Shown: positions 45,183-55,154, counted from the first letter of the whole stretch. The stretch: DNA of 63,522 nucleotides, filler included, from 6 parts of 6 records of this genome joined end to end with filler, not necessarily neighbours in it, one strand, 5' to 3'. The notes: generated from the letters alone by a model not told the origin. Translations and numbers: made by a program.

Positions 45183-45764
45183 TTACACGTCCCACGGCTT
45201 TGGCACCCCGTGGTAGGCAACAATCGCCGCGTGATCCGGGACGCCTTTGAGGCAATGTACCTTGTAACTGACAACTTCCCGCCCGAAGCGCGACGGGGCA
45301 CGTTTTAGTGCGGCGGCAATAAATCCCTGATCGCCCCAGCAATCGCGATGACGGCACCGCGCCATTGCCCCGTGCGGATCCGCACGAAACGCCTCATAGA
45401 CCTCTCCCGGTGCATCACCGCACCATCCCATCACACCGGATGCCGGAAGATCGGGCCGGTAGAAATCCGACAGCATGGTAAATTCGCGCACCGCCAGCGG
45501 CGCGATATCACCGACCACATCGGTATCAAGATCAAGATAGATCACCGACCCGGCAAACAGGCCGGGACGAAACAATTCGATCTTGGCAAACCAACCCGGC
45601 CAATCGTGCAAAAGATCAATACGATCACAATCGACCGAAACGTCAGACAGGCACACAAATCGCGCCGATGGCGTCGCCGCTTTCACCTGACCCTGCAGGC
45701 GCGATACATGCCAAGCCTGGTATTGCCCGCCGCTTCGCAAAACGCTGACAACGGTCAATCCCAT
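45183..45764 (-). CDS. GT-A fold glycosyltransferase (GT8-like)
   Basis: LRSGG.Y, FVCLSD, GWFAKIELF, YLDLD (DxD), GDQGFI, YHG.PKPW. Confidence 0.82.
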   Translation of the reverse strand: MGLTVVSVLRSGGQYQAWHVSRLQGQVKAATPSARFVCLSDVSVDCDRIDLLHDWPGWFAKIELFRPGLFAGSVIYLDLDTDVVGDIAPLAVREFTMLSDFYRPDLPASGVMGWCGDAPGEVYEAFRADPHGAMARCRHRDCWGDQGFIAAALKRAPSRFGREVVSYKVHCLKGVPDHAAIVAYHGVPKPWDV

Positions 45765-46306
45765 GCGAAAACATAATCCTTGTTAAACCGCGCCACGCAT
45801 CTTGCGCCCCATTCTTCCATCAGCCGATTGGCCGCAAAAGGCGCAACGCCGTATCGCTGGCAAAGCCCGTTTTCCTCGATCATGACAACCGGCCGGTCAC
45901 GCAGGATTATCCGCATTGCGCCCAGCAAGGCGAACCATTCGTACCCCTCGACATCCAGTTTGATAAAATCGACATCGGCAATATCAAACTGGTCTAGCCG
46001 CACGATTTCAGTGCCATTACCTAATGCGACATGGGTTTGCCCGGTATTTTCCGTGCCAGATTGCATCGAACAACGGCCCCGCAATGCACCAAGGGCGGAT
46101 TGGCAGACAATCGCACGCGGGTCGATCTTCTGGCAAAGGTCAGTCGGCTCGAACGCATAAACCGTATCGAACCTGTCACACAAAACCGATGTAAAAATCC
46201 CGCGATGCGCACCGCCATCAACCGCCGTGCGCCAGTTTTTCACGAATTTTAGCGCACCTTTCAGATGGGCCATGTCGTGATGATCAGGAAGGTCTTTCAA
46301 GGTCAT
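45755..46306 (-). CDS. FkbM-family methyltransferase
   Basis: AVDGGAHRG, VYAFEP, IKLDVEGYE, RPVVMIE. Confidence 0.9.
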   Translation of the reverse strand: MTLKDLPDHHDMAHLKGALKFVKNWRTAVDGGAHRGIFTSVLCDRFDTVYAFEPTDLCQKIDPRAIVCQSALGALRGRCSMQSGTENTGQTHVALGNGTEIVRLDQFDIADVDFIKLDVEGYEWFALLGAMRIILRDRPVVMIEENGLCQRYGVAPFAANRLMEEWGARCVARFNKDYVFAWD

Positions 46307-46347
46307 GCCACCAACCCACCCTCAGACTTGACCGACGGATTATAAAC

Positions 46348-46617
46348 TTAATCCATCAGACTGATTTGCTCACCATCTTCGAACTCGATGGATTTGACAC
46401 GTCGCCACTTTTCCACCCCGTCACGGAGAGGATTAACAAAGAACGCTGCCTCTCCACTGATTTCGATTTCAGCCATGGTTATGTATATTTTGGCACATGA
46501 CGGCACATCGACCGAAATTCCCCACTCGACGGCAGAGACGCCACGCAGCTCGTGCCCATCAGCAGAAACAATCTTGGTTCCGTGTGGTGTGCCGTCTGAG
46601 GTAATTTTCACATCCAT
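46348..46617 (-). CDS. Phage hypothetical protein
   Basis: About 89 aa, beta-rich; RBS GGAG; fills the gap in the cassette. Confidence 0.65.
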   Translation of the reverse strand: MDVKITSDGTPHGTKIVSADGHELRGVSAVEWGISVDVPSCAKIYITMAEIEISGEAAFFVNPLRDGVEKWRRVKSIEFEDGEQISLMD

Positions 46618-47255
46618 GGGATATTCTCCAACCCCATCCGGGGAAAACATTCAAGCCGCGTGTGCCGTGACGCATTGATCACCTGCACCCCGGCCCGGTC
46701 CAGATCGGGCAGCATGGTTTCGAAATTGGCCCGCCAGCGGGCGAAATCGTGATCCTGCGGGTTGTTCAGACCCGTCGGATGGTCCCCGAACCAGTGACGT
46801 CGGCCGTCATCGGCCACCCCCATGTCATAGCCCAGCAGAATGATGCGTTTTGCCCCAAACAGCACCGCCAGATTGATCGCCTGATATCCGCCATTGGCCC
46901 CGCGATGGATCACCGGGGGATTTAACGATATCCCCGGTTCATCAACACTTGGCACATGGCGCAGGCCGTGTATCAGGCTGGCTTGGCGGTCCTGGGTCCA
47001 TTTTTCGCCGTCGAAGGCTTTGACGCCGTTGTGGTGGTCCCACCATTTTCCGTCGCAGGCGTAGAGGACGTCTGCGCCGCCGGTTCCGTCGGCTCCGATG
47101 GCGAGGTGCCAGGCATTGTTGACGGCGATGATCCGGCATCCAGCAGATCGGGCGTATTCGATGTCTGATCGGTCAAGGCTGGGTCCGTTTGCGGCGATGC
47201 AGACTGTTTGTCCGCGCCAGCGTCCGGCCCATTCGACTTTTTTGTCGGTTTGCAC
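46608..47255 (-). CDS. Maf/MptE/sialyltransferase-like putative glycosyltransferase
   Basis: VCIAANGPSL, IIAVN, DVLYACD, GYQAINLA..FGAKRIILLGYDM, VINAS. Confidence 0.72.
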   Translation of the reverse strand: MQTDKKVEWAGRWRGQTVCIAANGPSLDRSDIEYARSAGCRIIAVNNAWHLAIGADGTGGADVLYACDGKWWDHHNGVKAFDGEKWTQDRQASLIHGLRHVPSVDEPGISLNPPVIHRGANGGYQAINLAVLFGAKRIILLGYDMGVADDGRRHWFGDHPTGLNNPQDHDFARWRANFETMLPDLDRAGVQVINASRHTRLECFPRMGLENIPWM

Positions 47256-47428
47256 CGCCCGGTTTCCTCGGCAATGTCGGCAACACGCTGCGGCACCTGC
47301 CCGTCACCAACCGCCGCGCCATCGGCCACGACTTCATAGATGCCAGGCTGCACATCGCGCGGATGCATTTCACCGTTAAAGCACGCCTTGAATGCACGGG
47401 TAATCTGGATTTTTGCGAGTTTTGCCAT
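46973..47428 (-). CDS. Phage hypothetical protein with a Ser/Thr/Pro-rich tail overlapping the next gene
   Basis: ATG 47428; globular N-terminal part; the last 283 nt overlap the Maf-like gene out of frame. Confidence 0.6.
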   Translation of the reverse strand: MAKLAKIQITRAFKACFNGEMHPRDVQPGIYEVVADGAAVGDGQVPQRVADIAEETGRCKPTKKSNGPDAGADKQSASPQTDPALTDQTSNTPDLLDAGSSPSTMPGTSPSEPTEPAAQTSSTPATENGGTTTTASKPSTAKNGPRTAKPA

Positions 47429-47494
47429 ATTAAAACAGGGTGCCCGACCCATCGGACACCCTGCCTTTCACTTCAAATTACGTCAGATCGGCGA

Positions 47495-47968
47495 TCAGTC
47501 AGAAGTCGGCGCCAGCGCAGGATTGCCCAGCACGGCCACGAATGCCATCGGCGTTGCACCAGGCGTGTTTGCCGCGGTTGCGACCACACGGACATAGCGT
47601 TTCGTGCCAATATAGCCGACGCGATAAACCGTATCGTCCTCGGCGGCGTCATCAACTGTCAGGAACACACCGGTTGAAGCATTTGGCGCAGTAACCGGCG
47701 ATTTTGCCGACCCGACCAGCACATCATTGGCATCGGTCACATCGGTAAAATCGGATGACTGGCTGTCACTGTGCTGCAGCTTGAACGCCCAGGACGGCTG
47801 CGGCGAGTTGGCGATATTTGCGACCGCCCCGACGCTGATCAGGAATTCCGACGAAGAAAAACCGGCAAGATCAACGCCATTTGTCGGCGTCACGGTTGCG
47901 GTTGGTGCCCCGACATAGTGCGACACCGCCTTGATATTGGAATGAAGATCACGACGGATCATATCCAT
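47495..47968 (-). CDS. Capsid-associated (decoration-like) protein
   Basis: Directly after the capsid gene; RDLHSNI, GVDLAGF, LQHSD, VGYIGTKRYVR. Confidence 0.72.
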   Translation of the reverse strand: MDMIRRDLHSNIKAVSHYVGAPTATVTPTNGVDLAGFSSSEFLISVGAVANIANSPQPSWAFKLQHSDSQSSDFTDVTDANDVLVGSAKSPVTAPNASTGVFLTVDDAAEDDTVYRVGYIGTKRYVRVVATAANTPGATPMAFVAVLGNPALAPTSD

Positions 47969-48032
47969 TCTCCTTTGATGATAAATAAAAAGGCAATGAC
48001 CGGCTGTTTAACAGCCGGTCACGTGTCACAAA

Positions 48033-49418
48033 TCAGGAAGCAGAAGCCTTGACCAACTTGATCGCATCGAAGTTGCGAACATCGCCGCCTGTACGCTTCG
48101 CAATATAGAAGCCGACATAAGGCTTGTTGGTAAGGTTATCGCGGATCAAACGGAAGCCCGAACGATCAATGATCTTGTAGCCCTGCTGGAAGTTGCCGAA
48201 CGCGATAGAGAACGAGTCCGCGCCAAGATCAGGCATGTCTTCCAGATTGGTGATCGGGCAACCGTGGATATCGAACTGCAACGCGCCTTCAATCTGGCTC
48301 ATGCCGATCAGATAACGGCCTTCCGCATCTTTCAGCTTGCGGATTTCCGCCTCGACCGTGCGGTTCATCGTCCAGCGCGCACCCGCGCGATAGTTCGGGT
48401 GAAGGGCAGCGATGGTATCGATCAGACAGTTGGCGTTTGCCGCCCCGTTGGTAAGGGACGGGAACGCGCCAGCGTCACCCATCGGGATATATTGCAACTT
48501 GCCCCATGCCCGACCGGCCTTGTCGGTGGTGGTAACAGCGGTATCCTTGTAAGCAAGGAAGCCTTTCGGCTTCATGACGCCATCGCCGCCGACAAACGCG
48601 GTGTTTTCAACGCGGCCCATTTCGTCCTGCGTTTCCTGCACCAGCCAGCCTTCGATATCAAGGCTGGCATCGTCCAGCATGTCCTGGGTGATTTCAGGAT
48701 AGGCATACTGTTCATGCACTTCGATGCGCTGGGTGCCAACCGTCGGCGTATCGGTCGCCGGACGCGCCGAACGCTCCCCGACCCAGCCGCCTGATGTACC
48801 CTTGCTGGTTTTGTAAGGCGCAGTCCAAGCGGAAGTTCCAATCGTGGTTACGCTGGAAATCTGGCGCATCGGCGAGGTATCAAAGATACGCTGCACCATT
48901 TCGGTGGAAACCTCGGTCGGCACGAAATAGCCGCCTTTCGGATCGGAACCAACCGAAAGCGCATTGCGGATTTCCGGCGCTAGGTTATCAACATTGCCCT
49001 CGCGACGCACCAGCGTATCAAAGGCTCCGCGATATTCCTGATAGGCTTCAATATCGGCGGCATCACCAACCGCTACCCGTTTGCCACGCGCCAAAGTCAT
49101 GAAACGCGCGGCATTCTGTGCCAGTTCTGCACCATCGCCACCACCAGGACCACCGATCAGGGCGCGCTGGGCGGCTTTCTGCGCCGTTTCCAGCGCAGCT
49201 TTGAGTGCGGTGATTTCGGTATTCATGTTGTCGACGGTTTCGCTGTTGGCCTTGCCTTTCAGCGCTGCGTCGTTTTCGGCCCGCATCTGCGTCATCAGGC
49301 CCTCGATCTTGGCGACAATCGCCTTTGGATCGCTCAAATCCGGGTTCGGCGTCGGCTCTGGACCGTTGAAAGCGGTGATCGCCACCGACACAGCCGCATT
49401 TTTAACAATCGCGTTCAT
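48033..49418 (-). CDS. HK97-family major capsid protein
   Basis: ALSVGSDPKGGYFVP, SPMRQI, ITQDMLDD, E..AFV.GDG..KPKG, IAFGNF..GY.I.DR, KRTGG. Confidence 0.96.
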   Translation of the reverse strand: MNAIVKNAAVSVAITAFNGPEPTPNPDLSDPKAIVAKIEGLMTQMRAENDAALKGKANSETVDNMNTEITALKAALETAQKAAQRALIGGPGGGDGAELAQNAARFMTLARGKRVAVGDAADIEAYQEYRGAFDTLVRREGNVDNLAPEIRNALSVGSDPKGGYFVPTEVSTEMVQRIFDTSPMRQISSVTTIGTSAWTAPYKTSKGTSGGWVGERSARPATDTPTVGTQRIEVHEQYAYPEITQDMLDDASLDIEGWLVQETQDEMGRVENTAFVGGDGVMKPKGFLAYKDTAVTTTDKAGRAWGKLQYIPMGDAGAFPSLTNGAANANCLIDTIAALHPNYRAGARWTMNRTVEAEIRKLKDAEGRYLIGMSQIEGALQFDIHGCPITNLEDMPDLGADSFSIAFGNFQQGYKIIDRSGFRLIRDNLTNKPYVGFYIAKRTGGDVRNFDAIKLVKASAS

Positions 49419-50314
49419 CGCGTCATGCTCCGTTCAAGATTTTCGGAAAAGGCCGACAATTCGGCCCAGAATTCTGCGTTTTCGGCGTCATCACCAGCAT
49501 CCCGCTGGTCATCTGCTTGATTTCCGCGCGCCGCCATTGCCTTGGCCTGCGCACGGGAATGCCCGGCATCCCGCAGGGCACGTTCGGTATCGCGAATGGT
49601 CGGTCCGGCTGACTGCGCGGTAAATCCGCGCAGCCCGTCCGGCACCTTCGCAAAACAGGAAAGATCAAACTTGGCTTTAGCTTCCTCGGCCTTGCCAACC
49701 ACATCAGCAAAGCCGTTTTCACGGGCATCTGCCGCCGAAAGCCAGGTTTCATCGTCCATCATTTCGACGATTTCGGCACGATCCATGCCGGTGCGCGCCG
49801 CATATGTGTCGGCAAGCGCCCCGTCGATCTGTTCCAGAACCGCTGCAACATCGGAAATCGCGTTGCGATCCCCGACGGCCAGCGTCCATGCATTGTGGAT
49901 CATGAAGAATGCGTTATCGGCGATGGTGATCTTGTCACCTGCCATCGCGATCAGGGATGCCGCAGATGCTGCAAAACCCGTTACCTCGACCTCGACCCGC
50001 GCCTTATGCGCGACCAGATCGTTGAACATCGCAATGCCGTCGAAAACATCCCCGCCCGGCGAGTTGATCCGAAGCCGGATCGTGCCGCCGGTCACATTCC
50101 TAAGCTGCTGGCGGAAATCCTTGGCCGAAACGCCCCAAAAACCGATTTCGTCATACAGATCGATTTCGGTGACATCCCCGGCGTTCTGCACGTCGAACAC
50201 CCGGCCACTCGCCCGGTTAAAAAACGGGCGAGCGGTCGATTGTGTCAACCCGTCCGGCATTGCGATGGGCGCAGGCCCGTTAAAGAACCGCTGGCCGTTA
50301 TTCAGTCGCCGCAT
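49415..50314 (-). CDS. ClpP-like prohead protease
   Basis: LYDEIG.WG, RINSPGGDVFDG, AASAAS, FMIHNAW, ETWLSA. Confidence 0.94.
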   Translation of the reverse strand: MRRLNNGQRFFNGPAPIAMPDGLTQSTARPFFNRASGRVFDVQNAGDVTEIDLYDEIGFWGVSAKDFRQQLRNVTGGTIRLRINSPGGDVFDGIAMFNDLVAHKARVEVEVTGFAASAASLIAMAGDKITIADNAFFMIHNAWTLAVGDRNAISDVAAVLEQIDGALADTYAARTGMDRAEIVEMMDDETWLSAADARENGFADVVGKAEEAKAKFDLSCFAKVPDGLRGFTAQSAGPTIRDTERALRDAGHSRAQAKAMAARGNQADDQRDAGDDAENAEFWAELSAFSENLERSMTR

Positions 50315-51569
50315 TGTTCGCCTCCGCCTTACGGTTCATGCCTTTGAACGTGCCATCATCAGGCTGCATGTTGCTTTCGATAATGTAACCGTCACCACCC
50401 GCATCATCGCGGTTGTTCATTTCTTCCAATCCGCGCCACTCGTTCGGGTTGATCACGCCGTTGCGGCGCTGAATTGCCAGACCTTCCTGCCGTGACTTGA
50501 AATCACCACGCAGCAATGCATTGGTGTTGAACTTGCAGTAAAGGTCAGGATCGCCCATAAGATCGCGCTGTGCGGCCTGTTCCCACGCCACCAGGTGCGG
50601 CATCAGACTGGAATTCACATATTCCAGCGATTGGTGTTCGATATTGCTGAATGTTGCCCGGTCCAGATCGCCGATCTTGTGCGGCGGAACGCCAAAAATG
50701 CCGCAAATTTCGGTGCGGTTGAATTTACGGCTATCAAGATACTGCGCATCTTCCATAGTCAGGCTCATGGGGTTGTATTTCACCCCCTGATCCAGAACCG
50801 CAATGCGCCCGGTATTTTCGACGCCGCTATAAAGCGTTTCAAAGTCGGATCGCATCGCTCTTTTGTCTTCTGGCCCGATTTTGGCCTCAGCTTCCAGAGT
50901 TCCGCTTGGCCGCGCCCCATTAGCAAAGAACCGGCTGCCATGTTCGCGGAGCGCAAGCCCATCGCCGATGGTTTCCCGGTAATGCGCCACCGTATTAAGC
51001 CCGGTAACACCATCATCCGACGGCCCGCGCAGGTGAAACACCTCTTTTTGCTCAAGGACAACGCGCCGTCCGTCCTTGCGGGTATATTCGTAGGTGATCG
51101 CAAGGGTGCGATCATCCTGCTTTGGCACCACACGATCCGGATGCAGGGGAATAAGTTCCTGTATCCGGTTGCCAAATCCACGGACAATAAGAGCATAACC
51201 ATTGCCGCGAAGCAGCTTCGCACGCTGCTGGAACTGCTTGAACTCGAACGCGGTCTGCCATTCGTTCGCGCGCACCTTCAACAGGCTGTAAAGCGGATCA
51301 TCCTTTGCAGGTTCGCGGCGATCCCCCGTTTTCCGATACAGAACAAGCGGTAACGCCGCGATATCATCCTGAAGAACACGCACACACGAACCGACAGCAG
51401 CGAGTCGCGCCGCCGTGGTGTTATTGACCACCACACCGGATGACGAACGGGAATCGCCGACCAGTTCCCGAATGGCTTTTTCAAGCTCCATCGGGTCGGT
51501 GATGCGGTTTTCATTGCGGGGACGACCGCCAAGCCCGGTCAGTTGTCCAAGCTTACTAAACAGGCCCAT
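50298..51569 (-). CDS. HK97-family portal protein
   Basis: LLRGNGYA, L.PLHPDRV, FFANGARPSG, DAQYLDSRKF, FGVPPHKIG, SNIEHQ. Confidence 0.96.
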   Translation of the reverse strand: MGLFSKLGQLTGLGGRPRNENRITDPMELEKAIRELVGDSRSSSGVVVNNTTAARLAAVGSCVRVLQDDIAALPLVLYRKTGDRREPAKDDPLYSLLKVRANEWQTAFEFKQFQQRAKLLRGNGYALIVRGFGNRIQELIPLHPDRVVPKQDDRTLAITYEYTRKDGRRVVLEQKEVFHLRGPSDDGVTGLNTVAHYRETIGDGLALREHGSRFFANGARPSGTLEAEAKIGPEDKRAMRSDFETLYSGVENTGRIAVLDQGVKYNPMSLTMEDAQYLDSRKFNRTEICGIFGVPPHKIGDLDRATFSNIEHQSLEYVNSSLMPHLVAWEQAAQRDLMGDPDLYCKFNTNALLRGDFKSRQEGLAIQRRNGVINPNEWRGLEEMNNRDDAGGDGYIIESNMQPDDGTFKGMNRKAEANNAATE

Positions 51570-51581
51570 CGGCTGCCCCCG

Positions 51582-53375
51582 TCAACCGAACATGCTGCCC
51601 GGCTCATATGAAATAACGTTGCTGTCTTCTTCTGCCGAAATCATCCGGCCCAGCGCCATCAGCATCGCGACCACGCCATCGATCTTGCGCATGTCCTTGC
51701 GGGTATCCGGCTTGATCGGGCGCATATTGCCGCTGTCATCCATCTTGACGGCGGTATTGGCGATCATCCAGTCCATGACAGGATTGCCGTCATGCGCAAT
51801 AGAACCCTCAAGTACCAGCCGTTCCAACTCGCGGCACGGTGCCGCCATGCTGACGAAACCCTGCCCGCAGGCAACACACAGCACGTCACGTTCCTCAAGA
51901 TGCTGGATCAACTGACCGGCGAAATACCGGTCATAATCTACTTCCATCACCTCGAATTCGTTGATCAGGCCGGTATTGCCGGCGTCATCCCCGATAATGA
52001 AATGCTCTATGGCGTCATAGTTTGTTGCCGTGCCCTCGGTCTGAAAAATCAAACCGTCGCGCAGCCAGACATCGTATGGCACCGCCTGATCTACCCGGCG
52101 TTTCTCAATCGTGCCGAACGGCACCCAGAAAAACGGCATGATCTTGACCGGTTCACCGGGATCAACAGGCGGAAACACCAGAACAAGGGCCGTAATGTCG
52201 CTAACCGCGCCGAAATCAAGCCCGATATAGCACCGACGCCCCCGCATGGATGCGCGATCATATACAGTTTCGCAGGCGCGCCATTTCTCGATATCGAGCC
52301 AGATTTCCGACGTCTGGCTCCAGACATTCAGATAAAGCCGCATCTTCGACGCCAAGGCAGACGGGTTATCTTCCGCCTCCTTGAATTCGGCTTTAAGGCC
52401 ATCGGCGAACACCGAAATTCCGTAATTCGGGTTGGCTTTTTTCCAGCTTATTTCGTCAAACGGGTCATCGCCGGGATCGATCGAACAGATAAACCCGAAC
52501 CAGCCATCGTTTTCGAACAGCCCTTTCAGGACATTGACCGTGTAATCATGATGTTCGCGGCAGATCGAATGCGGATCCGCACCAGCCGTGGTGATTTCCA
52601 CCGTCAATGGCTGTTCGCGGGCACCTGTCCCTGTACGCAGAACGTCAATCAGCAACCGGTTGGGATGCGCATGGACCTCATCAATGATGTTGCAATGGCT
52701 GTTCAGACCATCCAGACGCTTGCCGTCCGCCGAAATATACTTGAACACCGAAAATGATTTCGGATGCTCCATGTGATGCGCCCGTTCCCGGACGCGCTTG
52801 CGCAAAACCGGGCTGGTGCGCGCCATTTTGGCGGCTTCATCAAAAACAATCTTCGCCTGGTCGGCCTTGGTGGCGGCGGCATAGACCTGCGCGCCCGGCT
52901 CACCATCGGCGACCATCATGTAAAGCCCGATGGGCGACAGGAACGTCGACTTGCCGTTTTTTCGCGGCACCTCGATATAGGCCATGCGAAACCGGCGCTT
53001 TTGGGTCGATTCCCACAGCCAGCCAAACATTACGGCTGTGCAAAACGCCTGCCAGTTCGCCAGTTCAAAGACCTGCCCGCCCCATTTCCCCGTGGAATGC
53101 CGCAGATATCCGAAAAACCGGATCGCATGATCGGCACGCGGGATCGAAAAATAAAGCCCGCGCTTCGGACCATAGACCAGATCGTCAAGATGGCGCTGGC
53201 ATGCGGCAATCCGCAGCTTGCAGGCCGGTATTTTTCCCTCGACAACATCCAGCGCATAGATCGTGCTGACATGGCCAAGCACCGCTTCGGGCACCTTCTT
53301 TGCCAGCACGGCACGGGTAACCTTGCGGGCTTTGCGTTTACGTGACCCGGTTGCTTGCGAAGTCGTCGAAGTCAT
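51582..53375 (-). CDS. Terminase large subunit
   Basis: VPRKNGKS Walker A, IIDEVH Walker B, ITTAG, KANPN, GLDFG, KIDGVVA. Confidence 0.97.
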   Translation of the reverse strand: MTSTTSQATGSRKRKARKVTRAVLAKKVPEAVLGHVSTIYALDVVEGKIPACKLRIAACQRHLDDLVYGPKRGLYFSIPRADHAIRFFGYLRHSTGKWGGQVFELANWQAFCTAVMFGWLWESTQKRRFRMAYIEVPRKNGKSTFLSPIGLYMMVADGEPGAQVYAAATKADQAKIVFDEAAKMARTSPVLRKRVRERAHHMEHPKSFSVFKYISADGKRLDGLNSHCNIIDEVHAHPNRLLIDVLRTGTGAREQPLTVEITTAGADPHSICREHHDYTVNVLKGLFENDGWFGFICSIDPGDDPFDEISWKKANPNYGISVFADGLKAEFKEAEDNPSALASKMRLYLNVWSQTSEIWLDIEKWRACETVYDRASMRGRRCYIGLDFGAVSDITALVLVFPPVDPGEPVKIMPFFWVPFGTIEKRRVDQAVPYDVWLRDGLIFQTEGTATNYDAIEHFIIGDDAGNTGLINEFEVMEVDYDRYFAGQLIQHLEERDVLCVACGQGFVSMAAPCRELERLVLEGSIAHDGNPVMDWMIANTAVKMDDSGNMRPIKPDTRKDMRKIDGVVAMLMALGRMISAEEDSNVISYEPGSMFG

Positions 53376-53826
53376 CGAACAAATCACCCTGCCCTACGGC
53401 ACTGTTCAACGCCCGCGCGGCACTCGGCGTCATGCCGAATTCGGCAAAAAGACGCAGTGCGGTGCGCCGGGTTTCGTTGAACTGCGCGACCTCCGGCCGT
53501 GATTTCATCTGTTTTCCGTTGCGCCCGAATACCTCATAGGTCTCCCCAAGCGCCCGGAAGGCGTCTCGATATTCCGCCATCTTCGCCAGGCAATGGCACA
53601 ACTCGACCAGCGACCACACGAACAGCGGGTCAAGGCGGTTCCTTTCCGCTAGCGCGGGTGCCACATCATCCCAGAAACGCGCCACATCTTTCGGCATGCC
53701 AGACGGCTTCAACGCCGCCGCCTGTTCAGCAGATTCGCGCTTGCGCGCTTCTGGATCGCGACTGCGACCATCAACGGTCAGCGGTATAACGTTATCTTTG
53801 ATATCCGGCTTTCGTCCGCGCGCCAT
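53338..53826 (-). CDS. Terminase small subunit (P27 family)
   Basis: MARGRKP, ...RPEV, EFGMTPSAAR. Confidence 0.9.
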   Translation of the reverse strand: MARGRKPDIKDNVIPLTVDGRSRDPEARKRESAEQAAALKPSGMPKDVARFWDDVAPALAERNRLDPLFVWSLVELCHCLAKMAEYRDAFRALGETYEVFGRNGKQMKSRPEVAQFNETRRTALRLFAEFGMTPSAARALNSAVGQGDLFDDFDDFASNRVT

Positions 53827-53967
53827 GTCATCACCTCATCGACGGAAATCACCCTGTTCCCAAGGCTGCCCGGCTTCATGACCAAGGGCTTTTCCTGATG
53901 GGTTTTTCCTTTTCAATTTCCCACGCACAAACACGTGACCACCCAGTCGGTCGTGGGTGGTTGGGGG

Positions 53968-54366
53968 CTAGGGATTTGACCCTCCCCCACCCTGGGCGAC
54001 GCTGCGCCCGAAAGCGCCATCCTCGGTCGCCGTCTTGACATCATGGTGATGCTTGCAAAGCGGCTGCCAGTTCGACCGCCGCCAGAACAGCTTCTGATCA
54101 CCCTTGTGCGGCACGATATGGTCAACGACCGATGCCGCCGTCACCATGCCATCCGCCTCGCAGCGACAGCACAGTGGATGTTCTTTCAGGAATGCTTCAC
54201 GCGCCTTGCGCCATTTCGAAGTGTATCCCCGATCATTGGATGACCCGCGCCGCTGATCATCGCGCTTGCGATGTTCCTGCTTATGCGCGGCGCAGTATCG
54301 CTCCCCCGGTTGCGCCAGCCGACCACACCGGGCCAAGGCACAGGGCTTGGTCGGTAGTGCAGGCAT
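53968..54366 (-). CDS. Terminase-associated HNH endonuclease
   Basis: RGY..KW.KAR..FL..HPLC, VVDHIVPHKGD..LFW...NWQPLC..HH..KT; ATG 54366 after GAGGTG. Confidence 0.93.
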   Translation of the reverse strand: MPALPTKPCALARCGRLAQPGERYCAAHKQEHRKRDDQRRGSSNDRGYTSKWRKAREAFLKEHPLCCRCEADGMVTAASVVDHIVPHKGDQKLFWRRSNWQPLCKHHHDVKTATEDGAFGRSVAQGGGGSNP

Positions 54367-54563
54367 GGACACCTCGCAAAAGACTGCGGCGGCGTCCCGA
54401 AGGATCACCGCCGCCAAGTCTGAGACATTCAGGGAGAAAACATCCAATGTGCATAGGCCATCATCAACCGGATACACTGGGAGACATCAACCACCAAAGA
54501 CAAAACGCCCGCTGGATTTCTCCGGCGGGCGCTTCTATGGCGGTCTGAAAAGTCAATACAGCA

Positions 54564-55154
54564 TCAGCCGCATTTGTCAAACATCTTTTTTCGACTGTTC
54601 CACGGAAGTCGCGCAATTGCGGGCAATTCAATGACAATGCCCAGCCTTGTGCTTTGCCCCAACCTCGTGGCAAGCAGGCTGAGCATGTCCCAGATCATGA
54701 TATATTCCAGCCGCGATTCTTCGACCTCGCGCCGCGTCGCTGCCGAATGCACCCGAACCCCGCCCGGATACCAGAACGGCATATCACCCGACCGCGCCGC
54801 GTTGACCATATCGCGCACCGGCTCGACCCGGCAGGCCGCCATATAGCCCGCCATCCGCCCCGGCAGATCATTGCCGATCATCCCGGCCAACGCCCCATTG
54901 CGCCATTCATGATCCAGCATCAGCACATTCATCCAGATCAGTTCGGCATCCGCATCAAGATCCGCCCCGCGAATAATCCCGCCGCCATCGATCCGCGCAC
55001 GCAACTCACCGATCCGGGCCATCGCACCCGTGACCGAACCACCGGGCGACAGCATCCGCGTTTCGTCATTGGCGGCAAAAGCCTTGTCCGCCTTCTGGTC
55101 GCGCACCACCCATTGCAGGGCCGACCAGACATCCATTACATCGCGCTTTGCCAT
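54564..55154 (-). CDS. Phage hypothetical protein (at the usual position of a late-gene regulator)
   Basis: About 196 aa, last gene before the HNH/terminase intergenic region; function inferred from position only. Confidence 0.6.
   Translation of the reverse strand: MAKRDVMDVWSALQWVVRDQKADKAFAANDETRMLSPGGSVTGAMARIGELRARIDGGGIIRGADLDADAELIWMNVLMLDHEWRNGALAGMIGNDLPGRMAGYMAACRVEPVRDMVNAARSGDMPFWYPGGVRVHSAATRREVEESRLEYIMIWDMLSLLATRLGQSTRLGIVIELPAIARLPWNSRKKMFDKCG

Noticed and set aside
31456-54366. Gene transfer agent
   Set aside because: An att site, HNH/P27 terminase (cos-type), linked lysis genes, morons and a 662-aa tape measure indicate a true prophage
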